From assembly GCA_963748015.1 (NCBI GenBank), contig CAVVHE010000008.1:192001-256000 (forward strand): a stretch of DNA of 64,000 nucleotides. Reading direction: 5' to 3'. Both the position numbers and the translations under genes were made by a program. This DNA is from Terriglobia bacterium. Its GTDB lineage: Bacteria > Acidobacteriota > Polarisedimenticolia > Polarisedimenticolales > JAIQFR01. Shown here piece after piece: positions 26,474-36,684 of the stretch. Within the stretch, counting starts at the first letter, position 1. Each line of letters opens with the position of its first letter. The notes under the pieces are model-generated. The model searched no databases and was not told the DNA's origin. It saw nothing but the letters and a program-made list of their open reading frames with translations.

Positions 26474-28282
26474 ATACCGGAGTTGCAAGGTAACTTGCTC
26501 GGGCTTTCGCCCGCCGAGAAGCATCGTCTCGAGCGACTCTTCCGGCGGCGCGTCCCGCCGCGTTCGATCGTGACGCACGAGCTCGCACGGGAGCTGGCGG
26601 AGATCAGCGCGGGGCTCAACCGGCGGGTGGGATTGCTCGTGGATCGCGCCGGGCGGGTGGACGCGGTCGCGGTGGGCGACGCCTCGCGGATCGGAGTGCC
26701 CCGCCAGCCGAGCGCCCCCGCCGGCCGCGACCGGTTCTGCACGCTCCGGTTCCTCGCGACGCGGCTCGACGACGGGCCGCTCTCCGCGGCCGAGTTAGCA
26801 CCGCTCGCGCTCCATCGACTCGACGCCCTCGCGGTCATCGACGTCGAGGAGGGCGGTCACCCGGGGCGCGTCCAGGTCGCGCACCTCCTCCCCGCCGAGG
26901 AGCGGCAGGCCCGGGCCCCCGAGGAGCCGGCGGAGCGTCCGATCCCGCTGCCTCCGGGCGCGGTCGTCCCCGGCCGCAGAGGCGAGCGGCGCGCGGCGCG
27001 TACCGAAGCGCGGGACGTCGTCGCGGACGGCGAGCGCTACCGGTTGCTCCCGCCCCGCGACGCGAGTCTCGTGGACGACGACTTCCTCGCCCTGATCCGG
27101 GCCCTCGAGGAGGAGTTCGAGCGACGCCGCACGCGCACGCGGGCCGCCGGCCGGGAGGGGCGCGCGATCCTCGTCCACGTGACGACGCGCAGCCGGGCCG
27201 GCGCCGAGACCTCCATCGCCGAGCTCGAGGAGCTCGCGGCATCGAGCGACCTCGCGGTCGTGGACCGGATCGTCCAGCGCCGCCAGTCCTACGATCCCCG
27301 GACGCTCATGGGGGCCGGCCGGCTCGAGGATCTGATCATCCGCGCGCTGAGGCTGCAGGCCGACTTCATCGTGGTGGACCAGGACCTGAGCCCGGCCCAG
27401 GGGCGCGCGATCGCCGAGGCGACCGACCTCAAGGTCGTCGACCGCACGCAGCTCATCCTCGACATCTTCGCCCGCCGGGCCCGCACCCGCGAGGGGAAGG
27501 TCCAGGTCGAGCTCGCCCAGCTGAAGTACCTGCTGCCGCGGCTGATGAGCCGCGGCGACTCCGGGCTCTCCCGTCTCATGGGGGGCATCGGCGGCCGCGG
27601 GCCGGGCGAGCAGAAGCTCGAGGTCGACCGCCGCCGCGTGCGCGACCGGATCCGCAGTCTCGAGAAGATGATCGACGCCGAGCGCACGCGCCGCCAGCAG
27701 CGCCGCTCGCGCCGCCGCGAGAGGGACGTCCCCGTGATCTCGCTGGTCGGCTACACCAACGCCGGGAAGAGCACGCTGCTGAACCTGCTGACGCGGAGCG
27801 AGGTCTTCGTCGAGAGCCGGATGTTCGCGACCCTCGATCCGTCGAGCCGCCGCCTGAGACTTCCGCGCGAGCGCGAGGTGGTGATCAACGACACCGTGGG
27901 GTTCATCCGCGACCTGCCGAAGGACCTGCTCGCGGCGTTCGGCGCGACCCTCGAGGAGATCTCCGACTCCGATCTCCTCGTGCACCTCGTGGACGCGGCG
28001 CACCCGGGACACGAGGCTCAGATCGTCGCGGTGGAGGGCATCCTCAAGCAACTCGGCTACGCTGATATCCCGCGCCTGCTGGTCTTCAACAAGGTGGACA
28101 TGCTCGACGACCAGCAGCGCGCCGAGAGGCTCGCCGGCCGCGACGCGATCGCGATCTCCGCGGCCAAGGGGCTCTGCATCGAGGAGCTGCTCCGCCGAAT
28201 CGGCGACGCGCTGCGGCTCCGCCGGCGCCTGGCGGCTTCGACGGAGGGACGCTCTCCGAAGCCCCGTTCCGCCGGCGGGTAG
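26474..28282 (+). CDS. hflX: GTPase HflX, long form; probable ATA start
   Basis: DRTQLILDIFARRA, GIGGRGPGE, GYTNAGKSTL, FATLDP, DTVGFI and NKVD motifs; N-terminus ELQGNLLGL. Confidence 0.93.
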   Translation: MPELQGNLLGLSPAEKHRLERLFRRRVPPRSIVTHELARELAEISAGLNRRVGLLVDRAGRVDAVAVGDASRIGVPRQPSAPAGRDRFCTLRFLATRLDDGPLSAAELAPLALHRLDALAVIDVEEGGHPGRVQVAHLLPAEERQARAPEEPAERPIPLPPGAVVPGRRGERRAARTEARDVVADGERYRLLPPRDASLVDDDFLALIRALEEEFERRRTRTRAAGREGRAILVHVTTRSRAGAETSIAELEELAASSDLAVVDRIVQRRQSYDPRTLMGAGRLEDLIIRALRLQADFIVVDQDLSPAQGRAIAEATDLKVVDRTQLILDIFARRARTREGKVQVELAQLKYLLPRLMSRGDSGLSRLMGGIGGRGPGEQKLEVDRRRVRDRIRSLEKMIDAERTRRQQRRSRRRERDVPVISLVGYTNAGKSTLLNLLTRSEVFVESRMFATLDPSSRRLRLPREREVVINDTVGFIRDLPKDLLAAFGATLEEISDSDLLVHLVDAAHPGHEAQIVAVEGILKQLGYADIPRLLVFNKVDMLDDQQRAERLAGRDAIAISAAKGLCIEELLRRIGDALRLRRRLAASTEGRSPKPRSAGG

Positions 28283-28419
28283 CGAGCCGAGGCGGGCCGG
28301 GAGCCCGCATCACGTCTCGATTCGCGCAGGCCTTTCGCGAGGCGGGGACCCGCCCACCCTTCCACACCTTCGACCAACCAATTCGGTAGGCCAATGCACA
28401 CTTGTCCCGTAGAAAGCCC

Positions 28420-28447
28420 TTGACAACCTCCAGAAACCAATTAAAAT
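28420..28447 (+). promoter_or_regulatory. sigma70 promoter of the MocR-pdxST-ilvE cluster
   Basis: TTGACA (28420-28425), 16 nt, TAAAAT (28442-28447). Confidence 0.7.
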
Positions 28448-28485
28448 GGACCAGTGGACTAGGCCAATAAGTCGAGGCGGCGACG

Positions 28486-29997
28486 ATGTTCCCAGGGCTG
28501 AAGATCGACCACGACAGCGATGTGCCGGTCTACCGGCAAATCGTCGAGCGGGTCCGATCGGCGCTCGCCGACGGTCGTCTCGCGGCGGGTAGCAAGCTCC
28601 CGCCGACGCGGGAGCTCGCGCGCCACCTCGGCGTGAACAGGAACACCGTCGTCGCGGCCTACGAGGAGCTCGCCGCGGAGGGGCTGGTCACGAGCCACAC
28701 CGGTCGAGGGACGTTCGCTCTCGAGCCCGCGATCGAGGCGGGCCCCGCCGGCGCGGGCGGGGCGTGGCTGACCTCCTTCTCGCGAGCGGTCGAGGGGCCG
28801 GGAGTCGCCGGCCTGCTCTCGATCTTCCGGGTCGCGATGGCGTCCGACGGGATCTCGTTCGCGGGCTCCTACCCCGCGGCCGAGCTGATGCCGGTGGAGC
28901 GGTTCCGCGCGGCGATGGACGCGGTCCTCCTGCGGAACGGCGCCGAGATCCTCTCCTACGGGCCGACCTCCGGCTATCTCCCGCTGCGCGAGGCGATCGC
29001 CGAGGACATGCGGCGCAAGGGATCGCCGGTCGCCGCCGAGGGGATCCTGATCACGAACGGGTCGCAGCAGGCGGTGGACCTGGTCTTCCGCACGCTCCTG
29101 GACCGCGGCGACCCGGTGGTGCTCGAGGAGCCGACGTACACCGGAGCGCTCAGCGCCCTGAGCTCCCTCGGGGCGAGGCTCGTCGGCGTGCCCGTGGACG
29201 ACGAGGGGATCCGGCCGGACCTCCTCGCGATCGCGCTCGAAAGGCACCGGCCGCGCGTCCTCTACGTCCAGCCGACCTTCCACAACCCGACCACGCGCGT
29301 GATGGGCGAGGCGCGGCGCCTCGAGGTCCTCTCTCTCGCGGCGCGCCACGGCTGCGCCGTGGTCGAGGACGACTGGGCCAGCGACCTCCGGTTCGAGGGG
29401 TCCGACCTGCCGACGCTGCACGCCCTCGACGGCGGGCGGCGCGTCATCTACCTCAGCACGTTCTCGAAGAAGCTGCTCCCGGGGCTCCGCGTCGGCTGGA
29501 TGGCCGCGCCGCCCGCGGTGCTGGACCGCCTCATCGCCTTGAAGCAGATCGAAGACCACGGCTCGAGCCCGCTGCTCCAGGCGGCGCTCCACGAGTTCCT
29601 GGCCGACGGCGGCCTCCGCGAGCATCTCGATCGCGTCCGCCCGGCGTACCGCGATCGCCGGGACATCATGCTCGGCGCCATGAGGCGCCACTTCCCGGAC
29701 GGCGTGGCCTGGACGAGGCCCGAGGGCGGGCTCTTCCTCTGGGTGACGCTGCCGGGTGGGATCGACAGCGCCGACCTGTTCGTGGCCGCCCGGGAGCGGC
29801 AGGTTCTGATCAGCCGCGGGGAGCTGTTCCACTCCGACGGCTCGGGCTCCGACACGCTGCGCCTGACCTATGCCTCGGTCCGTCCGGCGCAGATCGAGAG
29901 CGGCATCGCCGCCCTCGGAGAGCTGATCCGCGAGCGGCTCGCCGGAAGGACGGCGGGGGCCGCCCGCCGCGTGGACGAGGCGGTACCGATTCTCTAG
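28486..29997 (+). CDS. MocR/GabR-family (PdxR-like) regulator: GntR HTH + aminotransferase domain
   Basis: KLPPTRELARHLGVNRNTVVAAYEEL; PTFHNPT; STFSK..PGLRVGW. Confidence 0.92.
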   Translation: MFPGLKIDHDSDVPVYRQIVERVRSALADGRLAAGSKLPPTRELARHLGVNRNTVVAAYEELAAEGLVTSHTGRGTFALEPAIEAGPAGAGGAWLTSFSRAVEGPGVAGLLSIFRVAMASDGISFAGSYPAAELMPVERFRAAMDAVLLRNGAEILSYGPTSGYLPLREAIAEDMRRKGSPVAAEGILITNGSQQAVDLVFRTLLDRGDPVVLEEPTYTGALSALSSLGARLVGVPVDDEGIRPDLLAIALERHRPRVLYVQPTFHNPTTRVMGEARRLEVLSLAARHGCAVVEDDWASDLRFEGSDLPTLHALDGGRRVIYLSTFSKKLLPGLRVGWMAAPPAVLDRLIALKQIEDHGSSPLLQAALHEFLADGGLREHLDRVRPAYRDRRDIMLGAMRRHFPDGVAWTRPEGGLFLWVTLPGGIDSADLFVAARERQVLISRGELFHSDGSGSDTLRLTYASVRPAQIESGIAALGELIRERLAGRTAGAARRVDEAVPIL

Positions 29998-30018
29998 GAG
30001 AAGAGGGCGAGGTTTGCC

Positions 30019-30909
30019 ATGAGCGAGATCGATAAGGGAACGCAGAGGCTCAAGACGGGATTGGCCGAGATGCTCAAGGGGGGCGTCATCATGGACGTCA
30101 CCGACGACGCCCAGGCCAAGATCGCCGAGGACGCCGGCGCCACCGCCGTGATGGCCCTCGAGCGCGTGCCGTCGGACATCCGCAAGCAGGGGGGGGTCGC
30201 GCGCATGTCCGACCCGGACATGATCGAGAAGATCATGGAGGCCGTGTCCATCCCGGTCATGGCCAAGTGCCGGATCGGCCATTTCGCCGAGGCGCAGGTG
30301 CTCGAGGCGCTCGGTGTCGACTACATCGACGAGAGCGAGGTGCTCACCCCGGCCGACGAGGAGCACCACGTGGACAAGTTCGCGTTCAAGATCCCGTTCG
30401 TGTGCGGTTGCCGCGAGCTCGGCGAGGCGCTCCGCCGGATCGGCGAGGGAGCGGCGCTGCTCCGCACGAAGGGGGAGGCCGGCACCGGGAACATCGTCGA
30501 GGCGGTGCGGCACATGCGGGCGGTCGTCTCCGGGATCCGCCGCCTCACGGTCCTCGGGCCGGAGGAGCTGATGGCCGAGGCGAAGAAGCTCGGCGCGCCG
30601 TTCGAGCTGGTCCGCATGGTCGCGGCCGACGGCAAGCTCCCCGTGCCCAACTTCGCGGCCGGCGGCATCGCGACGCCGGCGGACGCGGCGCTCATGATGC
30701 AGCTCGGCGCCGAGGCGGTGTTCGTCGGCTCCGGTATCTTCAAGTCGTCGGACCCCGCGAAGCGCGCGAAGGCGATCGTGCGCGCGACGACGCACTACCG
30801 CGATCCACGGGCCGTCGCGGAGGTCTCCCGGGGTCTCGGCGACGCGATGCCGGGGATCGAGACGTCGAAGCTGCCCGAGTCCGAGCTGCTGCAGACCCGA
30901 GGCTGGTGA
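30019..30909 (+). CDS. pdxS: PLP synthase subunit PdxS
   Basis: [29 protein letters not shown] and [16 protein letters not shown] motifs. Confidence 0.97.
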   Translation: MSEIDKGTQRLKTGLAEMLKGGVIMDVTDDAQAKIAEDAGATAVMALERVPSDIRKQGGVARMSDPDMIEKIMEAVSIPVMAKCRIGHFAEAQVLEALGVDYIDESEVLTPADEEHHVDKFAFKIPFVCGCRELGEALRRIGEGAALLRTKGEAGTGNIVEAVRHMRAVVSGIRRLTVLGPEELMAEAKKLGAPFELVRMVAADGKLPVPNFAAGGIATPADAALMMQLGAEAVFVGSGIFKSSDPAKRAKAIVRATTHYRDPRAVAEVSRGLGDAMPGIETSKLPESELLQTRGW

Positions 30910-31532
30910 TGATTCGCGTCGGAGTGCTCGCCCTGCAGGGGGATTTCGGGGCGCATGCCAGGGCGATCGAGCGCCTCGGCGCCGCCGTCGCCCTAGTCCG
31001 CAGGTGCGCGGAGCTCGCGGGGCTCGACGGCCTGGTCCTGCCCGGCGGCGAGAGCACGACGCTGCTCAACCTGATGCAGGACGAGCCGTGGTTCGAGGCG
31101 GTCGAGCGGTTCCATCGCGAGGGAGGCGCGCTCCTGGGGACCTGCGCCGGAGCGATCCTGCTGTCGCGCCGGGTGCTGAATCCCGCGCAGCCTAGCTTAG
31201 GCCTGCTCGACGCCGTCGTGGAGCGGAACGGTTGGGGCCGCCAGGCGGACTCGTTCGAGACCCGTCTCGAGGCCCCCGAGCTCGGCGGGCCCATCGAGGC
31301 GGTGTTCATCCGCGCTCCGCGCTTCAAATCGCTGGGACGGAAGGTGACGGTCCTGGCGCGCATCCGCCGGGAGCCGGTCCTGGTCCGCCAGGGCCGCATC
31401 CTCGCGGCGACGTTTCATCCCGAGTTGACCGGCGACGGCCGCCTCCACCGGCACTTCCTGGAGCTGGCGGAGGAGGCGCGCGCGGCCATCGACGCGAACG
31501 ACGAGGAGCGGTCGAAGGCGGTCGCTTCCTGA
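30909..31532 (+). CDS. pdxT: PLP synthase glutaminase subunit PdxT
   Basis: GVLALQGDF, LPGGESTT, GTCAG, FIRAP and FHPEL motifs. Confidence 0.96.
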   Translation: MIRVGVLALQGDFGAHARAIERLGAAVALVRRCAELAGLDGLVLPGGESTTLLNLMQDEPWFEAVERFHREGGALLGTCAGAILLSRRVLNPAQPSLGLLDAVVERNGWGRQADSFETRLEAPELGGPIEAVFIRAPRFKSLGRKVTVLARIRREPVLVRQGRILAATFHPELTGDGRLHRHFLELAEEARAAIDANDEERSKAVAS

Positions 31533-31572
31533 CACGAACCGGGGCGCGGGGCGGCCCGCGACGGAGGCTCAG

Positions 31573-32469
31573 ATGAGCGTGCTGGTTTACGTTGACGGGA
31601 AGATGGTTCCGAAGGAAGAGGCCGTCGTGTCGGTGTTCGACCACGGGTTCCTCTACGGCGACGGCGTGTTCGAGGGGATCAGGGTGTACGAGGGGAACGT
31701 GTTCCGCCTCCGGGAGCACATCGACCGGCTGTACGAGTCGGCCAACACGATCGCCCTCGAGATCCCGATGACCCGCGACCAGATGATCGCGACGACGCTC
31801 GAGACCGTGGCGGTGAACCGGAAGAAGGACGCCTACATCCGTCTCGTCGTGTCGCGGGGAGCCGGCGACCTCGGGATCGACCCGGCCAAGTGCCGCCGCC
31901 CGACCGTCGTGATCATCGCCGACACGATCTCCCTCTACCCGCAGGAGCTGTACGACAACGGCGCCACGCTCGTCACCGCCAGCGTGCGTCGGATCCCAAT
32001 GGAATCCCTCGATCCGCGGATCAAGTCGCTCAACTACCTGAACAACATCCTGGCGAAGATCGAGGCCAAGCGGGCCGGCGCCCTCGAGGCGATTATGCTC
32101 AACCACCACGGCCTCGTGGCGGAGTGCACCGCCGACAACCTGTTCATGGTCAAGCAGGGGACGCTCAAGACCCCGGACCTGATGCAGGGGGCCCTCGGCG
32201 GGATCACCCGCGCCGCGGTGCTCGACCTCGCCCGCAAGGCGAAGATCCCGAGCGCCGAGACCGTCCTGGCGCTCCACGACCTCTACAACGCCGACGAGTG
32301 CTTCCTCACGGGGACCGGCGCCGAGATCGTCCCGGTGATCATGATCGACGGGCGGCGCATCGGCGACGGCAAGCCCGGCTCGATCACCAAGAAGCTGCTC
32401 GCGGACTTCCGCGTGCTGCGGACGCAGGACGGCATCAAGGTGCCCTACAAGGAAGCGGTCGCGCCGTAA
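31573..32469 (+). CDS. ilvE: Branched-chain amino acid aminotransferase
   Basis: DHGFLYGDGVFEGIR, IKSLNYLNNI, GITR and FLTGTGAE motifs. Confidence 0.93.
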   Translation: MSVLVYVDGKMVPKEEAVVSVFDHGFLYGDGVFEGIRVYEGNVFRLREHIDRLYESANTIALEIPMTRDQMIATTLETVAVNRKKDAYIRLVVSRGAGDLGIDPAKCRRPTVVIIADTISLYPQELYDNGATLVTASVRRIPMESLDPRIKSLNYLNNILAKIEAKRAGALEAIMLNHHGLVAECTADNLFMVKQGTLKTPDLMQGALGGITRAAVLDLARKAKIPSAETVLALHDLYNADECFLTGTGAEIVPVIMIDGRRIGDGKPGSITKKLLADFRVLRTQDGIKVPYKEAVAP

Positions 32470-32484
32470 GCTACCCCGGCCGGG

Positions 32485-34659
32485 TCACGCGGGACGGGAC
32501 GGGCGGGCCCCGGACAGCAGCTCGGCGACCGAGCGGAGCAGGTCGGCCATCGGCACGGGTTTCGAGAGAATCTTGTCGATCCCTTCCTCGGACGCCCGTT
32601 CGGATCCGAGCTGCTGGCCCCAGCCCGTCACGAGCATCGTCGCCGCGTCGGGCTGGAGGTCGCGCATGAGGCGCAGCACCTCGATCCCGGACATGCCGGG
32701 CATGCCGAGGTCGCTGACGATCAGGTCGTAGCTCCGGCTCGAGGCCAGCTCGATCGCGGCCTTGCCGTCCGGCGCCTCGTCCACCTCGTGGCTCTCGAGG
32801 CGGAGGATGTCGGCCATCGCCTCGCGGACGTCCGCCTCGTCGTCCACGAGGAGGATCCGGCCCGTCGCGGCGCGGAGGACTTCGAGCGCGATCTCGGAGG
32901 CGCGCTCCGCCGCCGCCCCTGCGGCCGCCCCGGTCGCCGCCGGGAGGTCCACGGCGAACGTGGTGCCCCGGCCCGGCACCGATTCGACGCGGATGCTCCC
33001 CTCGTGCCGCTGGAGGATGCCGGCCGAGACCGACAGGCCGAGCCCCGTTCCCCGGGACCCCTTGGTGGAGAAGAACGGGGTGAAGATCTTCTCGAGGTGC
33101 TCCGGCGGGATCCCCACCCCGTCGTCCGCGACCTCGACGCGCACGCGGCCGTCCGAGGCCCGGCTTCGCAGCGTGATCGTGCCGCCGGACGGCATGGCGT
33201 CGGCCGCGTTCAACACCAGGTTGGTGAACACCTCGCGGATCTCCGAAGGGCTCGCCAGGACCGCCGGGACCTCCGAGAGGTCGGTCGCCACGCGGATCGC
33301 GGCGCCGCGCGCCTGGGCCTGGTCCTTCCACCTGCCGCTCGTCAGCTCGACCACCTGCCGGAGCAGCTCGTTCACGTCGAGCCGCATGCGCCCCGACTCT
33401 CCCTGCATGCGCGCGAAGTCGAGCATCCGGCGGACGGTCGCGGACCCGTCGGTGGCGGAGCGAGCGATCACCTCCACCCACCGTCGCTGCTCCGCGTCGG
33501 TCAGCGCCCGGTCGAGCATCTGCGCGCGCAGGAGAATCGCGGCCATCAGGTTGTTGAAGTCGTGGGCCACGCCGCTCGCCAGCATTCCCATCGCGGCGAG
33601 GCGCGCCGAGTGGAGGGCCTGCATCTCCATCTCGCGCTGGCGGGTGACGTCGCGGGCGATCAGGACGAGCCCTTCCACGGCCCCGCCGGAGGAGCGGTAG
33701 GGGAAGGCGCCGAGGATGAAGAGACCGCCGAGGTGGGGGAGGTCCAGCTCCGCCGTGGCCGGCTGGCTTCCCTCGAGCGCCTTCGCGATCGGGTCGTTGT
33801 ACGGCCGCACCCCGCCGCCGAACAGCAGCTGCGACGCGTTGCGCCCCGGCACGGCCACGATCGGCAGCCTGCAAAGAGCCGCGAACGCCAGGTTCGCGCG
33901 CCGGATCGTGCCGTCGCGATCCTGCAGGGCGACCGGATCGCTGATCGCGTCGAAGGTCCTCTCCCACTCCGTCTTGGCGTTCGCGATCTCGCGGAAGAGT
34001 CGCGCGTTGAGGACCGCCGGGACGATCTGCTCCGCGAGGATCTCCATGAGCTGCGCGAACGGCTCGTCGAAGGCGTTCCGGTGGACGCTCTCGATGTTCA
34101 GGACGCCCACGGGCTGCCCGGCGTTCATCAGCGGGATCGCCAGCTCCGACAGGGAGTTCGAGACTGCGACGAAATCGGGGTCGCGGGACGTGTCGTTGCA
34201 CAGGACCGGGGCCCGGGTGCGGACCGCGCGGCCGATGATGCCGCGATCGAGGCTCTGTCGGTAGCCCTCGAATTTCTCCGCGTCGATCTCCCCCGCGGAA
34301 TCGCTGAAGACCATCGTGCGGTCCACGGGGTCGTACGTCATGATCGTCACGTGGTTGTAGCCGAATTCCGCGTGAATCGTGTGGACCAGGTAGTGGATCA
34401 GGGCATCCGGATCCAGCTGGGCGGCGGCCTCCCGCGAAATGCGGCTCACGGTCCCCAGGGTCTGCAGGTGGCGCTCGGAGCCGGCGACGAGCGCCGCCAG
34501 CCGGCGCCGCTCGCGGCGCCTCGCGACGAGGTGCACCGCGGCGCCCGCGACGAACGCGGCGAGGATCGTGATCGCGATACCCGCCCAGTGCTGCAGGAAG
34601 TCGTGGGGTGTCACCAGGCCGGCCGCGGAACCCGCTGTGGCGGTCAGCGCAGCGGACAC
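32485..34659 (-). CDS. Hybrid sensor histidine kinase (TM-GAF-PAS-HisKA-HATPase-REC)
   Basis: GVAHDFNN, NLVLNAADA, DDGVGI, GTGLGL, ILLVDDE and DLGMPGMSG motifs. Confidence 0.93.
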   Translation of the reverse strand: MSAALTATAGSAAGLVTPHDFLQHWAGIAITILAAFVAGAAVHLVARRRERRRLAALVAGSERHLQTLGTVSRISREAAAQLDPDALIHYLVHTIHAEFGYNHVTIMTYDPVDRTMVFSDSAGEIDAEKFEGYRQSLDRGIIGRAVRTRAPVLCNDTSRDPDFVAVSNSLSELAIPLMNAGQPVGVLNIESVHRNAFDEPFAQLMEILAEQIVPAVLNARLFREIANAKTEWERTFDAISDPVALQDRDGTIRRANLAFAALCRLPIVAVPGRNASQLLFGGGVRPYNDPIAKALEGSQPATAELDLPHLGGLFILGAFPYRSSGGAVEGLVLIARDVTRQREMEMQALHSARLAAMGMLASGVAHDFNNLMAAILLRAQMLDRALTDAEQRRWVEVIARSATDGSATVRRMLDFARMQGESGRMRLDVNELLRQVVELTSGRWKDQAQARGAAIRVATDLSEVPAVLASPSEIREVFTNLVLNAADAMPSGGTITLRSRASDGRVRVEVADDGVGIPPEHLEKIFTPFFSTKGSRGTGLGLSVSAGILQRHEGSIRVESVPGRGTTFAVDLPAATGAAAGAAAERASEIALEVLRAATGRILLVDDEADVREAMADILRLESHEVDEAPDGKAAIELASSRSYDLIVSDLGMPGMSGIEVLRLMRDLQPDAATMLVTGWGQQLGSERASEEGIDKILSKPVPMADLLRSVAELLSGARPSRPA

Positions 34660-34881
34660 TAGACACCCTCCGGGCAGCCGGGCCAGAGAGGCCGACTCGA
34701 GATTAAATTAATTCAGGCTTAAACATAATTCCTTAAGGTCGGGCGTGTCAACCTCGCGAATCCGTGGCCTATCCGCACGGCGCGCCGCCGGGGTCGGCCG
34801 GCGCTTCGCGTCGCGACGGGCCGCGTTCCGTGTAAAGTGGGCCCGCGCCCCGAGGACCGGACCGGCGTAACGGGAGCTCCG

Positions 34882-35859
34882 ATGCGAATCGCCCTGATCG
34901 GCTTGGTGTTCGCCATGCTGGCGACGATGGCTGCATTCCTGGCGTCGAAGGCGAGGAGGGGGAGGGACGGCGTCGAGGTGCTGGACACCGAGGGCCGTCG
35001 CCGGCTTCCCACACCGAGGAAAACACCCGCGACCCTGGTGGGCGGGGTCTTGCTCGCCGCTCTAGTCCTCGTCCTGCTCGCCTCGTCGGTCCGCGTCGTG
35101 CCGGTCGGCCACGGCCTCGTCGTGTTCAACACCGTCACCAAGACCTTCCGGCTCGCGCCGCAGGGGGTCGCCCTCGTCGTGCCGCTGGTCACCGACACCC
35201 AGATCTACGACCTCAGGCGCGTCGAGTACACGATGTCGGGGGTTCGCGGCGAGGGGAGGAAGTCGGAGGCGGACGACTCGCTCTGGTCGCCGACGCAGGA
35301 GGGGCTGCAGGTCGGGATCGACCTCACCGTCTGGCACCACCTCGACCCGCGGCGGGTGATCGACATCCACCGCGGGATCGGCCCGGATTTCGAGGAGAAG
35401 ATCATCCGTCCGGCGGTGCGCTCGGTGATCCGCCTCGTGATCTCCGAATACGCCGTCATGGACGTCTACTCGGCGCGGCGGGCGCAGATCCAGGACGAGA
35501 TCAACGCGAAGATCAAGAGGCTCGTGGAGAAGGACGGCTTCGTGATCGACGAGGTGGTGCTCCGGGACGTGAGGTTCACCGAGCAGTTCGCCAAGGCGAT
35601 CGAGGCGAAGCAGATCGCCCAGCAGTCGGCGGAGCAGATGAAGTACGTCCTCGAGAAGGAGCAGAAGGAAGCGGAGCGGAAGGTGATCGAGGCCCAGGGG
35701 CGCTCGAAGGCGATCGAGACGATCAACGAGGCGCTCCGGCAGAACCCGAACTACATCCGGTACCTCTACGTGGACAAGCTGTCCGACAAGATCTCCGTGA
35801 TCGTCTCCGACCAGAACACGATCATGGACCTCAAGGGGATCCTGGACTCCAAGAAGTAG
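34882..35859 (+). CDS. SPFH/band 7 (prohibitin-like) protein
   Basis: TM helices, IIRPAVRSVIR, VVLRDVRF and AIEAKQIAQQ. Confidence 0.9.
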   Translation: MRIALIGLVFAMLATMAAFLASKARRGRDGVEVLDTEGRRRLPTPRKTPATLVGGVLLAALVLVLLASSVRVVPVGHGLVVFNTVTKTFRLAPQGVALVVPLVTDTQIYDLRRVEYTMSGVRGEGRKSEADDSLWSPTQEGLQVGIDLTVWHHLDPRRVIDIHRGIGPDFEEKIIRPAVRSVIRLVISEYAVMDVYSARRAQIQDEINAKIKRLVEKDGFVIDEVVLRDVRFTEQFAKAIEAKQIAQQSAEQMKYVLEKEQKEAERKVIEAQGRSKAIETINEALRQNPNYIRYLYVDKLSDKISVIVSDQNTIMDLKGILDSKK

Positions 35860-36137
35860 CTCGTCCTCGCGCGGTCGTCCCGCGTTTCGCATTCGAGGCC
35901 GGGGGGGCATTCCGGGGGCTTCGGCCGAGAGCGGGAACGTTCCTCGCCGCCCCGGAAAAGGGGCGTCTGCGGACGTTCCCGCCCTCGACCTCGCGTGGTC
36001 GGGGCGAGCGCTTGACTGGAGGCGTGGTGCTGATCTGCGATTCGGATCACGTCGAAGTTTGTGTTGTCCCGCTCGGCGGTTGCCGTCCCTCTTCCGGGGT
36101 ACAATGACCGCTCTTTGATTCCGGAAGGAGACGAGGC

Positions 36138-36578
36138 ATGGGCAGAATCTGCGACGTGATCAAGGAGAAGGGGGCGACCGTCCACAGCATCGAGGCGTCC
36201 GCGACCGTATTCGACGCGATCAAGCGCATGGTGGACGTCGGGGTCGGCGCGCTCCTCGTGACGGAAGAGGGGAAGATCTGCGGCATGATCACCGAGCGGG
36301 ACTATCTCCGCCGGATCGCCGTGGAAGGCCGCACTTCGCGCGGGACCCTCGTCCGCGAGATCATGAACTCGCCCGTCATCTGCATCGAATCCAGCGCGGA
36401 CGTCGCCGAGTGCATGGCCCTGATGACCCACAAGCGCATCCGGCACCTCCCGGTCGTGGACCAGGAGCGTCTCGTGGGCCTCGTGTCGATCGGCGACGTC
36501 GTTCGGGCCGTCTCGAAAGAGGCCACGTTCCACGCCCAGGTCCTCACCGACTACATCACCGGCAAGTACCCCGCCTAA
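36138..36578 (+). CDS. CBS domain pair protein
   Basis: GMITERDY, RIRHLPVV and GLVSIGDVV motifs. Confidence 0.92.
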   Translation: MGRICDVIKEKGATVHSIEASATVFDAIKRMVDVGVGALLVTEEGKICGMITERDYLRRIAVEGRTSRGTLVREIMNSPVICIESSADVAECMALMTHKRIRHLPVVDQERLVGLVSIGDVVRAVSKEATFHAQVLTDYITGKYPA

Positions 36579-36589
36579 CGCGTCCGGAA

Positions 36590-36674
36590 GCCGACGCGCC
36601 TCGAAAACGGGAGTGTCCTCGCCAGCCCGAAAAAGGGCTGTCTCCGGACACTCCCGTTTTCGAGGCGCGTCGGC
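36590..36674. repeat. 85-bp palindrome with perfect 29-bp arms between convergent genes
   Basis: 36590-36618 is the exact reverse complement of 36646-36674; inner CAGCCC-gaaaaa-GGGCTG hairpin. Confidence 0.9.
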
Positions 36675-36684
36675 GGGAGGGTCG

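Noticed and set aside
34695..34740. AT-rich patch between the sensor kinase and SPFH genes
   Set aside because: Consistent with an ordinary divergent promoter region; no specific motif can be supported.
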